NCBI GenBank assembly: GCA_964276515.1
Contig: OZ193909.1
Coordinates: forward strand, 15,810,001-15,874,000
Reading direction: 5' to 3'
Length of the DNA: 64,000 nucleotides
Source of the DNA: Gordius albopunctatus
Lineage: Eukaryota
The notes under the pieces were generated by a model. That model worked only from the letters and a program-made list of their open reading frames with translations. It searched no databases and was not told the DNA's origin. Position numbers and translations under genes: made by a program. Shown here in pieces: positions 1 through 12,100 of this stretch (positions are counted from its first letter, which is position 1; every line of letters begins with the position of its first letter).

Positions 1-812
1 ATTTTGCAGGTAAACTTTAGTTATTGGATGCCTTATTCATCAATTGTTGAGGTTAGGCCAGCTTGATTTCAAACATTCAAACGTTTATGCATTGGGATAT
101 GAAGGGGGGGGGAAGCGCGGACTTTTAAATTCCTTTTATAATAAAATTAATGAAATATTCAAAAAATAAAATAAGTAAAATAGCCGCTTAATAATAACTA
201 TTACTTTTTATTCATAAATGAACTTTTTTTCAATATGTACACAAGCTTAAATTCTTAAATCATTTTATTCCTATTAAAGAGAAAAAGGTAAAAAACTTAA
301 TTCCCAACATTAATAATATTACCTAAAAAAACCTTTTAAGGAAAGTGGTAAAACGTCCTAAAAACAATAAAATTGTATATATAAAGTAAGAATCAACAAA
401 TTCGGTGGTGACTTCCAGGATTCAATTCAATATCCAAGTTTGCTTGACTCTGATCGTTTATGGTAATTTGTAAACAGGCCCTCAATTTCGACAAACCAGA
501 TGCGGATTTAAACTATTAACGGAGGATAATTATAAAAAAACATGGCATTTTTAGATTTAATTTATACATCATCGACCGGACTGGTATTCATGGCGGGTGA
601 CCAATTTAGAGGGTGATTAAAAAGAGAGGAGAGGGATTAGAGGAGAGAGCTTCTTCTGCTATACATTTAAAAGGTGGAGAGATAAAATAATTATTCTAAT
701 TAGAACACATTTGAATAGTTGTATAAAGACTAATTTGAATACATTATTAAGGCTCATCTTTTAATTATTCATAATTTAATATATTAATCTCATTTATTTT
801 GAATGATATTTA

Positions 813-1440
813 TCATTGATATCTATTCAAATTTATTTTAACCGATCTATTGGAATATATTCTCCCCAGCGTTGTCCGCTGTAGTAACTGCTGTAAGGCT
901 TCGGTCTGCACTCTCTGTGCTTCGGCTTGTCTTGCTAGGGCGTTTACGGCCGATTCCTGCATGGTGGCTATTCTAGCCAGTAACCCCTCTACAACGTTGT
1001 CATTACCTGTTCCCGATCTTAAGGTTGTGTTCCCAGTGGGAGGTGAAGTCATCGAGGTTTCTGGAGTTATCAAAAAGAAACTATTATGGAGGTCTTGGGA
1101 CCTAGTATTAACCATTCACCACACAAAAATTTAAGGAAAAGTCTTGGGGACAAGTTGAGTGCGAAATAGGTAAGGAGGGTGTTACGCAGGGAAAAAGATA
1201 AGTGACACCCGGAGGGCAGGCAAGCGTATATATACGTTTGACGCGCAAGGGTTTGTTAAGGTTCTAAATCTACTATTTCGACTGGTATTTCGTTTTCCCA
1301 GAAGGTGAGGTCTATGTCGCTTTCGTCTGGTAGCCCGTGTTGAAGGACGTAGTCGATGTCGGTGTTTAGCTGCTCGGTGTCCGGTGTCCATGATCGTGAC
1401 GGTACGTCGGCTGGATTTTGGTGTGTAGGTATCCATGATA
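813..1440. mobile_element. Probable LTR-retrotransposon fragment: 100-aa minus-strand ORF (MVNTRS..., coiled-coil-like) next to an LTR-like terminus at 1180
   Basis: GC/CpG-rich patch in AT-rich DNA. Purine tract AAGGAGGG directly followed by TGTTACG at 1180 (PPT plus LTR start on +, or a ...GTAACA LTR end on -). The MVNTRS start resembles Gag N-termini. No pol and no second LTR seen. Confidence 0.35.
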
Positions 1441-2600
1441 GGTTGTAATGGATGTAAGCAGTTTCACTTAAATTACTTCTTTAAATATTAATTTTGTTTT
1501 AAGTCTTATTTTAAAGTAATATAAATTATATACAAAATTGTATCTAAAAGTTACTAATGATTTATTTAATTTTATTACCAAAGTTTGCTAGAAACTTCTA
1601 CTAGTTAACGTCTGTTCTTTAATATGTTAAATACACTCATAAGTCAATAAAAAGTTTAAAAAAATTTAGTATAAAATGCTTTGAAGTATTGTTTATTTTA
1701 TTAGCTATAACTTGCAATATAAATCATATGTTTTTTATATAATATTAAAAATTCATAATAAAAACACATCATTTTAGTAAATTTGGAAATTTTAACATGG
1801 GTTGGAGAGATGTTTGCACTCGAATAGGTTTGCTTTTCTCCTTAAAGATTAAATCGAAAAAGATTGTAAAATATAGTTAATATATTTTTATCTATTGGTA
1901 TTTTGCCTCTAATTTATTTTCAATATCTAAAAGATAAATTTATAATCTGAATGTAATTACTTTTTAAAAAAGGTCTGTTGAAATTCAATACATCATAATT
2001 AATTTTTTTAGTATCTACATTTGATTGTCGGGGATAACCTAAACTTCATTATGAAATCAAAAGAATAATATTTATGTTACTTGCTAGATCTTATAATGTT
2101 CAACTTTGCTTAAGTAGGAATAAGGATTGCGATTTCATATTTGCATTAAGAGTCGAACCATTTAAAGCAAGTAAAATCTCCTCTTTATTCATTCTAAGTT
2201 GCTTTGATTAGTGTTTAAATATTACTTCACCCTAAAAGATAATATATATAATACCTAATTAAAAGTCATAAATCGCATAGCAATTAATACTTAATATATG
2301 ATTGTGTCCTAAATTAAATTTTTTAAGGACAACATTTTTCTTGTCACGTTTTCTTATGGATGTGGAATTGTTTTCAACTTGTTTCCTCTCACACAGCAAA
2401 AACAGCCATGTTTCATTAATTTATATTTAAATTTTTTTAAGCTATCTTGAGGATATTGACTCTTTTCTAATGATGTAGATGTTGCTGTGTAAAATCTCAT
2501 AAGAATTTTTAATTTTATATTGTTTTTTGGCTTGCTGTAATTTAGATATTAATTCAAACTGTCCAAAAATTTTATTCGATAACACTAGATGTAAAAAACA

Positions 2601-2992
2601 TGTAGGGAAACAAATTCATTTACCTTGAAAGTGATTTGGCTGTGATACGCACAAGGTGATAAGAGAAAGAATACACGAACTGAATTTTTAATTTGAATGT
2701 TTATCGTTATACATTGGTATATGAACTCGCGATTTATAGATTCGTGACCATTGTTATTATTTCCCCTTAATAAAATATATTCCAACCTCTTTCACTAAAA
2801 CTGGTAACCCCATATTTTCCAACAATCTCATGAATTAGTTAGTTATCGCTGGGAAACAAACATTTTTTTCCAAATATTATTCTTTAAAAAAAGGATTTCT
2901 AAATGGGAAATTTTACAGATAAACAGCAATGTAAAACAGCTATTCAGCTGAAAATACATCACTTTCAAGATAAATGAATTTGTTTCCCTACA
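2601..2992. mobile_element. 392-bp MITE with TGT...ACA termini
   Basis: 35-bp terminal inverted repeat TGTAGGGAAACAAATTCATTTA(C/T)CTTGAAAGTGAT with 1 mismatch. AAAACA on both flanks (2595-2600, 2993-2998). Confidence 0.8.
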
Positions 2993-3163
2993 AAAACAAT
3001 GCCTAACATTTTATACAGATGGCGATATTTATTTGTAAGCAACAATAAAATATTATCGAACATTGATCGGAAAATGGATCATAATTATAAGAAACGCATT
3101 TATTAAAAATGGTTGCGCTTACATAAATAAATAGTAAGTCTAGCCATCGCTTAATTTAAAAAT

Positions 3164-6100
3164 ATGTCAAAAATTACGATAAGAAATTTATCATCATTTA
3201 ATGCTCCTTGTTATGTTATATACTTTAAAAATGTCGCAATCATGATTGATTGTGCTGTAGATTATTTGCCCTTATTAAATTTTTTACCGTTTACACATAC
3301 ACAAGAAAAAGATAGTCTCGACATTGCAATATTTTTCCCTGATGGCCTTAAGATGTTTTTAAAATCAGTTATGAATAAAGTAAATAGCTTCTTTATTTTG
3401 ACTAATTCTATAGAGTTTTATGCATGCCTCTCCTTTATTTGGCGTTCCAAATAAAGATATTAATTTTTCAGAGATTGACATTATTTTAATATCTAATTAT
3501 CAAAACATACTTGCATTGCCATACTTTATTAAACAATCAAAATTCTTGGGTACAATATATGCCACAGAGCCAACTTATCAAGTATGCTATGTTGCATTTA
3601 TAAATATCTTAAATAGTTTGGAAGATTGTATTTATATGAAGTCTTAAATTACTTTGAACAATTTTCTTCCCCCAAATTGTCACCACACCATGTTCAAAAA
3701 CTTGTTTCTAATTTATCTGATATAGAAATACCTTTTTACATCAGAGAAAATCTTGGCCATTATAATTTAACTAATTATTCCACACCAGAAGTAAAAATTT
3801 TATAAAATAAATTTAAGTGAATTTAAGGATATTGAAAAATGTCTTGAGCTAGTTAAAACTGTGAGTTTCAATGAAAGTATTGATATTTTTGGAATTTTGA
3901 CCTGTTTGCCAACAAGTGCTGGCTATTGTATTGGCAGTTGTAACTGGGTAATTCAGTCAGACTATGAGAAAATTGTTTATTTGTCTAAATCTTCAACTCT
4001 TACAGCTCATCCAAAACCACTGGATTTAGCAAATATAAGAGATCCTGATGTAGTTATATTAACAGGTATTTTAAAATTGCTTTTTAAGTTTTTGTTTATA
4101 GCACATTTTTATTTAGCTAGTGGTTTTTTATTTTGTAATTTACTTTCATTATGTATGGCTCTAATTTTTTTTATAAATGCTTATATGTGAAAATTATTTA
4201 AGTACTATATTTTGTTGGAATATATTGAATTTAATATTATATGAAGCCTAATTGATATTAGTTTAACCAACATGTGTTTTATATAAATTGTTAATAGATG
4301 TTTAAAATGCCAACATGTGATTATTTCACTTATTAAATTTTTTCTGATAGAAAATGTTTGCAAATGCCACAACTTTTGTTAATATTTTTTGTTGTTTTCT
4401 TGTGCAACTTTAAGCAAATTTGTTAAAGTTTTTCTGCATTTGTTGCCCAATATATATAAATAAGCTTGTTATTAGGTTAAGTTACACAGTTAGATTAGGT
4501 CTTATAATGATATAATTATGTACAAGAATCATATATAAATGGAACATTCAACATTGATATAAAATTTGTCTTTAAAATGTTACTCAAGTGTGTGTTATTT
4601 TTATACTCTGACATAACTAATCTTATTTGTAGAGATGTCATGTTTTCCCCAATGCAAGCTTTAGGAAAATTTTCAGGGGAAATTTAAAAATAGGCGCATG
4701 TAGGGTGAATCAACAACTCAAATAATAACAAAAACACTCAGCTACAATTGCTTGTCAACGCTCAGGAAATACTCTTAGTCGCTGACCAAAAACATGCCTA
4801 TACCACCGTCATGAAATACGTCACAAACGGTAACGTAGGCCTACTTTTCCTAGATGCGCCAGGAGGAACCGGAAAAACATTTCTTCTTAATCTGATATTG
4901 TCTGAAATTCGGAGAAATAATAAGATCGCTGTCGCGCCATCGGGCATAGCAGCCACGCTACTCGATGGAGGCCGCACAGCGCATTCAACTTTCAAACTCC
5001 CATTGAATCCAAATCTAAATGAAACTCCCACTTGCAACATCAGTAGGAACTCGGGTATTGCCACGGTACTAAAGGCATGCACAATCATCATTTGGGTTGA
5101 ATGTACGATGGTACATAAAAAAACACTCGAGGCGCTGGATCGTACACTCCGAGATTTGAGACAGATTGCACGTCCAATGGGAGGAGCTCTCTTGCTGCTA
5201 GCCGGTGACTTCCGTCAATCAAACCTTTCCAGTCATCCCAAAGTCAACACCCTCTGATGAGCTCAATTCTTGCCTGAAAGCGTCATATCTTTGGAGAAGT
5301 GTGAAGATAATTATGCTAACCACCAACATGCGTATTCATTTACTTCAAGATGCTTCGGCGCAACCATTTGCTAATCAACTGTTGGACTTGGGAAACGGTA
5401 AATTTCCAATTGAACCCACAACGCACGAAATATCATTTCCATCGCACTTTTGCAAAATACAGTCATCAATTGAAGATCTCGAAAATATGATGTTCCCGGA
5501 AAGTGCTATTAACTTCACAAATCACGACTGGCTTTGTGAACGGGCAATCTTGGCTCCAAAGAATGACGACGTCAACAAAATATAAAATCGCATCCTATTG
5601 AACATTCCCGGTGAACCATTTACTTACAGATCTGTTGACACAGTTATCGATGCAGATCAGGCGGTGAATTATCCAACTGAATTTCTAAATTCATTGGAAC
5701 CATCGGGAATGCCACCTCACAAATTGACTTTGAAAATTGGCTCAGCTATAATGATCCTAGTTACCTGTGCGCCTAGCTTTTGCAATTACAATCAATAAAG
5801 CCCAAGGACAATCAATGAGCGTTGCTGGATTGAATTTGGAAAAACCATGTTTTTCACATGGTCAATTATATGTTGCTTGCTCCAGAGTTGGCACACCGCG
5901 GAATCTGTTCATTTTCGCACCTGATGGAAAACCCAAAAATGTCGTATATCCTCTCGCATTGCGATGATCACCCGTCCTGCCAATATATCATTACTGCGGC
6001 CTGTTATGTGGTATCATTACTGCGACATGTTATGTGGTATGTATAAACCAGGTGAAATTCTTAGTTATGGTATTACGAAGGGAGGGAGATGCGGATGGCT

Positions 6101-9100
6101 CGAAAGGGGATGTGTTGCGGGTAGAGACCTGCACGGTCAACCCGACGCCTGACCCGATTGCGGGTACAGGATAGTGGTCGTAAATGGTCCAGACTTAGGG
6201 ACTACGGAGCAGGTGAATGTGTAGAGACGACGCCCGACTCGGACAAGGCTAATATGATATTATCCTCTGCTAATACACCCGGGTAAATGGCAAAACAACG
6301 TTTGCCGGGTTCATCTAGCAATTTAATAAATGCATCTAGAATGGATTTGTTATTTATGTATATAAACGGATAAGCGTTATTCCGCATTCGTTACAATTTT
6401 TTGTAGATCTTCATCTGTAGAATCTGAGGATGACATTGCATAATAATAATCAGATGGGTTCACTCGGTTGTGATAAAGTTTAAATTGTGTCTAATGGCCT
6501 CAATTTTGCGTATTTTGTCATTAGCTAATTTGTTCCTGATTTTAATGTAACTTGCATCAAACAAATATGAGGCAAAATGGAGATCTTGGTACCAAAAACA
6601 TTACTTTTTTTAATTAGATGATTTATGTAATTGCACTTGTTAAACTATGAGCCCTTATCCCCCGATGCGTATATTATAAAAAATGCTTCGACCACATCGG
6701 TCAGCCTTCGTATCGCCCATGAAATAAATTTGGAGAAACCTTTATTCGATATCTGATAATGGTAGAAGGGAACCGATTTGATGGTAAATTTGTCCTTGTA
6801 CTTTGAATGTGGGCATGTAACCTCCATCATTTTAAAATTTTTGTTGCTCCAAACGATGTCATTTGGAGGCATGCGTTGTACTTGCGAATGTATTTGAGGA
6901 AGTGTTTGGACAATGTATTAGTTCCAGATACATAAGATAAGAGCGGTTCAGGTGGATCAACCAGAGGTGGCAAATTGACTTTGCCATTCGAACAACACAT
7001 TCCAGGATTTTCTTTAGGGAACCGCAAAGCACGACAATGCAAACACATCTTATCCATTTGGCCAATCATGACATTGGGGTGCATGCTGTAAACAAACGCT
7101 ACATCTTAATGGAACGCTGCTAATTTCAAACTGGCTCGCGAACTATATGTTGAGCGTCTGTATCGTGAGCGCATATTGTCTAGTCTTTCGATTCGCTCTT
7201 CAGCTGATTCGGTGGCGCGTGAAGTTGTGGTTCGTGAGCGTAAATTTTCTAGTCTATCGCTTCGCTCTTCCGATATCTAAGCTGCTATTGTAGTTAAGTT
7301 TCTCTTGCGATTGTCGCGCAATCGTACTTCACGATGTTGAGGAGTTTCAGCTGCTCTTCTTGTTTTTTCTCTTTTCGATTTAGGTATTATTCTGCCGAAT
7401 AATTTTTTTCGCATCGGCATTTGTATAACTTTTCAACTGGTAAAAATATATATTGATTATGATCTTTATAAAATACTGCAATATAAAAATTCTTTTGGTA
7501 AAGCATACATGCAATAAATTGCTGATTTATTAAATGGTAAATTTTATTATTAATGCAAAATAGTTGATTATTTTACCCCAATTATGTTGGAATTTTAGGG
7601 CATATATAATGATAAAGCGGTTATTGAAGTAAAAATAAAGTTTGATGTCTATATGTTCTATTTCCGTATACAGTGCAATGCGTAAGAATACAACATAACG
7701 CGTTTGTTAAATTGTGTTGTTGTTTACAAAAGTTGAGAATCAGGCAATAAACCATTCTCGAAAACTACTGGACGGATTTGGCTCGAACAAATCTTAAAAC
7801 ATGCTCCGTAGTGTCAGGAATAAACTGTGAAATTTTGAGCCAAATCGGTCTGGTAGTTTTCCAAAATTGGTGGCGGCATATATATACACCCATAGTTTCA
7901 TTTTTATATATAAAATTTAACCGTTTGTTATAAATTTGTTGTGCTTAGTTTTTGTTATTTTTTTAATTGTTGATTCAACCTACATAGGATATTTTAAAAA
8001 TTTCCCTTTTCCAATTAATTTCCCTTGAAAATGTTCCCAAATCTTGCATTGGGGATAATATGACATCTTTACGCACAAAGGTTTTAAATTAAACCTGCAA
8101 CTTTAATTTATGCTACAAAAGCAACTTATTCGCGGTCGCGGAACTCATTTTACTAATGAAATCCTAAACTGATGACCAGAGATTCAATCCGACCGTTAAT
8201 TTAATTATTTTTTGATAGTTATAATTTAAATTGGTATAAACGGCATACATCGAGGATATTTTTGGTCAAACCATTTGACAAGTTGTTTCACATTTGGTCA
8301 ACTGTGTTTTCTAGACGGTTGGGTTTAGTTTGGTCGACCGATTTAATTAAAAGGTAACATTCTTTCGAATTTGTGTTTAAAGGCTATGTGTCTTAAATTA
8401 TTTAACTCAGAACTGACTCGGACCCCAGATCTAAAGCCTGATGCTATGATAACGGAGTTTTCTAAAACGGTCCTGTCAACTATCCACGCTGGTGGCAATG
8501 TCTTGATCCCTTGTCCATTGTCGGGAGTTACTTTTGACTTGTTGGAATGCCTTCACCTCAGCTTGGCGGGAGGTTATAGTGGTCAAAGTGTTCGGGATCC
8601 TGTCATTTACTTCATAAGTCCAGAAGCTAAAAGTTCCCTAGCTTATGCCAACATCTTCTCAGAATGGCTTTGTACCTCTAAGCAGGTCGGTTTTGGTTAC
8701 AAAAATGTTGTTAATCAAGTGTTTTTTACGTACCTAAGATGTGACATGCTATTTAATCTTGAATGCTTTAGGAAAAATTAGGCAAAATTTTGTTTTTTGA
8801 GTTTTATACTTGCCAATATTTGCTTATTTAAGTGTTATTTCGTGTTTTATTATAAATCTAATGGCCTTTAAAAACTCTTTTTTATATCTTGAGAAACCTC
8901 TTTCAATGAATCCCTGTTACTTTATTCCCTAATAATGTAGAAGTGAGTTAGCATGGGCGTAGCCAGGGGAAGCGGCACAGTTACCCCCCTCAAAATCCAT
9001 TGCTGGCTACGCCCATGGGAGATAGAATTGAAAAAAGTTATTTTATTGTAATTAGGTAAAAGTTTATCTACCGGAAGAGCCATTCGTACACGCGGAGATG

Positions 9101-12100
9101 TTAGCTAGGGGAACGCTTAAACAGTACCCGGACGTGAGTGGAGCTGATTTCAATCGAGATTTTAGGACGCCTTGTGTTGTTTTTGCCGGCCACACCAGCC
9201 TCAGGTTCGGGCCGGCCGTCAATTTCATGCGGCTGTGGAAATCGGACCCCAAAAACACCATCGTTTTGATTGATCCATACCTGTACCACCCTAATGCTGG
9301 GTAGGGGTGGCAAAGCGACTCTGTTTAATTACTTTTGCATCTTACAAACCTAAGAAATTTTTTATCATTTTAAATTTAATTTAACGTAAAAATTGAGTAA
9401 AATTATAGAGGAAAAGGATTAAACATAGATATTAATGTAGAACTAAGTAAGAGAAGGGTGTTCTATTAACTTGTCTTTTGAACCTAATTCGGCGCAGAAG
9501 AGGAAATTTTTGTCATAAAATGAGGCCTAAATAAAGATAACATTTTGATCCTGTGTAAACATGGCTTAACCCGAAAGGTACCAGTGTAACCTGTAGGTGA
9601 CACCACTTTGAACACTTATAATTTTTAAACTATTGGATGAAATATTAATTTTTAAATTGAATATCAAAGAGTACACTTAGGCGAATCAGCTGATATGTTT
9701 TATTCTCTTTCTTCTTCTTTTATTAATAATGCGGTCTCAAATATCGCTAATTTTGAAATTTCGACTGCTTCTCATATATTCACTAAAAATGGAGACTTAA
9801 CTATAAGTAATCTTATTTTAATTTATATCATTAAAATCTTGTTTGATATGAAATTTAATTATTTTTGGTTAAATAAAATAGGAATAATGTTGGTCCAAAG
9901 TTAGGTGTAACAACCTGTAGGTTACACTGGGCAGGGATCCATACGTAAGCTTATGTAAATGAATAATGCTACTATTTTATTTATTTTCATTTAATTTTTT
10001 ATAAGTAATCTCGTATAAAAATATCCTTATTACAAAGTTAATATCGCCTTGAGGTAAAAATTATATAATTAATTTAACCTTTGACCCCATCCACTTGGGT
10101 AATCTTGAAACAATTTCTTTTTTTTGTTATGAGTAATTTATATGCTTCTCAGCATAACTACAACCTCAATTAAACTGTCAATAAATTTAAAGTCTATATC
10201 TCAATTCATTTTATAACGGGCTACTTGTTTCCTAAAAAATTAAAATGTTTTAGGAGCTCAGAGGTGACTGTTTTAACCAAATGGTACCTAATAGAATGCG
10301 TAGAATCGCTTCCAAGAAATAACTAAATATTTACATTTGGTCGATAAACAGCAAATTGGTAAGGGTTGACACTTTTTCCAAAGTTCGAGATTATATGGAT
10401 CTTTTAAATGAAAAGTTCAAAAGCAACTTTGAACATCGTAGCTCTTCTCACATATCCATGGATGAGTGAATGGTTCCTTATTTCGGGCACCACAATGCAA
10501 AACAATTTATAAAAGGCAAGCCTTTTCATTTCGGTCATAATATGTGGTGTGCTGCAACAAAAAATGGCTACCTTGTCACATTTCAACCTTACTAGGGGGC
10601 TAAATTTTCCGTAAAGACAAAAGGAAATAAGTTTAGGAGGAGCAGTCATATTAGACTTAGTAAATCAACTACCACCAGAATTTGGTCCATACAATATTTA
10701 TTTCTATAATTTTTTACGAGCCACAATTTAATGATTTGTCTTTCAAAGATGAATATTGGGGGCACAGGAACAGTGTAGGTCAATCGTTTAAAATGCCCGA
10801 TCATCGATCTAAAAGAACGAGGGGTTCTATAAAAAACACTTATTTGATGGCTGTCCGATGAAATGATAATAATAATGGCGCAATGTTGTCAAATTGTCAT
10901 GGGGTCAAGCCTATCACCTCTATTGTAAGAATCACTAAAGCGAAAAAAAATAGAAAAAAATTGTAATTCAATATCCTCATATGACCAAAATTTCTAATTG
11001 TTTTATGGGCGGTGTCGACCGCTTTAACCAAAATATGGATCCAACTAGATTATCATTTCGCGACAGAAAAATGGTATTTTCCTATATTTGCATTTGGGCT
11101 GGATGCTGAATGACAAAATGCATGGCATCTATATTGCTTCAATAGGGGAAATATTACATTATGTAATTTCAAAAGAGAGATAGTGCAAAATTATTTTAAA
11201 AAATACGGACAACCGCATAAACGGACTTTAAACCCTAAATTAACTAATTTTAATAATAATATAACTATACATCAAAAGGTATCGTGTACTCAGAGGCGTC
11301 TTGTCGTCTGTCATAAAGCTAGTAGAATTTTATTTGCATATTGTAAAGCAGGTCTTCTCATACTTTGTTGGTCAATATTTCATAATAATTAACATATTTT
11401 ATACTCATTGATTTTTTAGTTAATAAATTTTTATGTATTTTATAAAAAAAATTATCATTATTTGATACATAATTGTAAAATTTAATAAATTCTTTATACG
11501 TGAGTATATTTGTGCTGCCCAGTGTAACCTGTAGGTGACACCCCTTTTTTCTCAAAGTAAATAATTTTTTCGACATTTTTCAATTGTTTAGCTTTATTTA
11601 GCATGTAAGAAAGCCCAGAAAAAAATTCCATAAAAATTTTTTCAGCCGAACTGGTTCTGGTACCTGTCGGGTTAAGGGCCTCGTTCGACTTCAAAAAAAT
11701 TAATTAAACTCTATTTGATGCGTTAGCTGAGAAAACTTAAAATTCAATGCGCGGAATATATTGTTTATAATGGTTTGTCAACAATTTTTTGTATTTTAAA
11801 TCTATATTACTATTCACTCATACCCTATTTAAAATAGAATTAGTTTACATTACACTTCACGGTGTTCAGGTTCTGGTAGGCCACCCCTAGCTTAAATCCT
11901 GTGACAGGGTTTGTTTTAGCTAGGGGTGGGAGTAAGAATTAATATATAACAGACGTGGTTAAGATTCAAATTAACGGCGATCAAAAGTTTGGTTGAGTGT
12001 TAAAAAGGGTAAAATGAAATATTTTGAACTGCTTAATTTTCTTTTTAGTGGCGTGATGCGGAGATCATAAATAACTGAATTTATTGGATAATTTTGAATG

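Larger units (their letters stand above)
4630..8071. mobile_element. hAT-like DNA transposon shell in INTS9 intron 4, hosting Helitron pieces
   Basis: ~55-bp imperfect TIRs: TAGAGATGTCATGTTTTCCCCAATGCAAG... at 4630 and ...CTTGCATTGGGGATAATATGACATCTTTA ending 8071. Minus-strand remnant KIRNKLANDKIRKIEAIRHNL (~6480-6545) resembles the hAT C-terminal dimerisation region. No clean TSD. Confidence 0.6.

Noticed and set aside
4748..5967. Host PIF1 helicase gene nested in INTS9
   Set aside because: Intronless, frameshifted, and followed by a Helitron hairpin-CTAG end.
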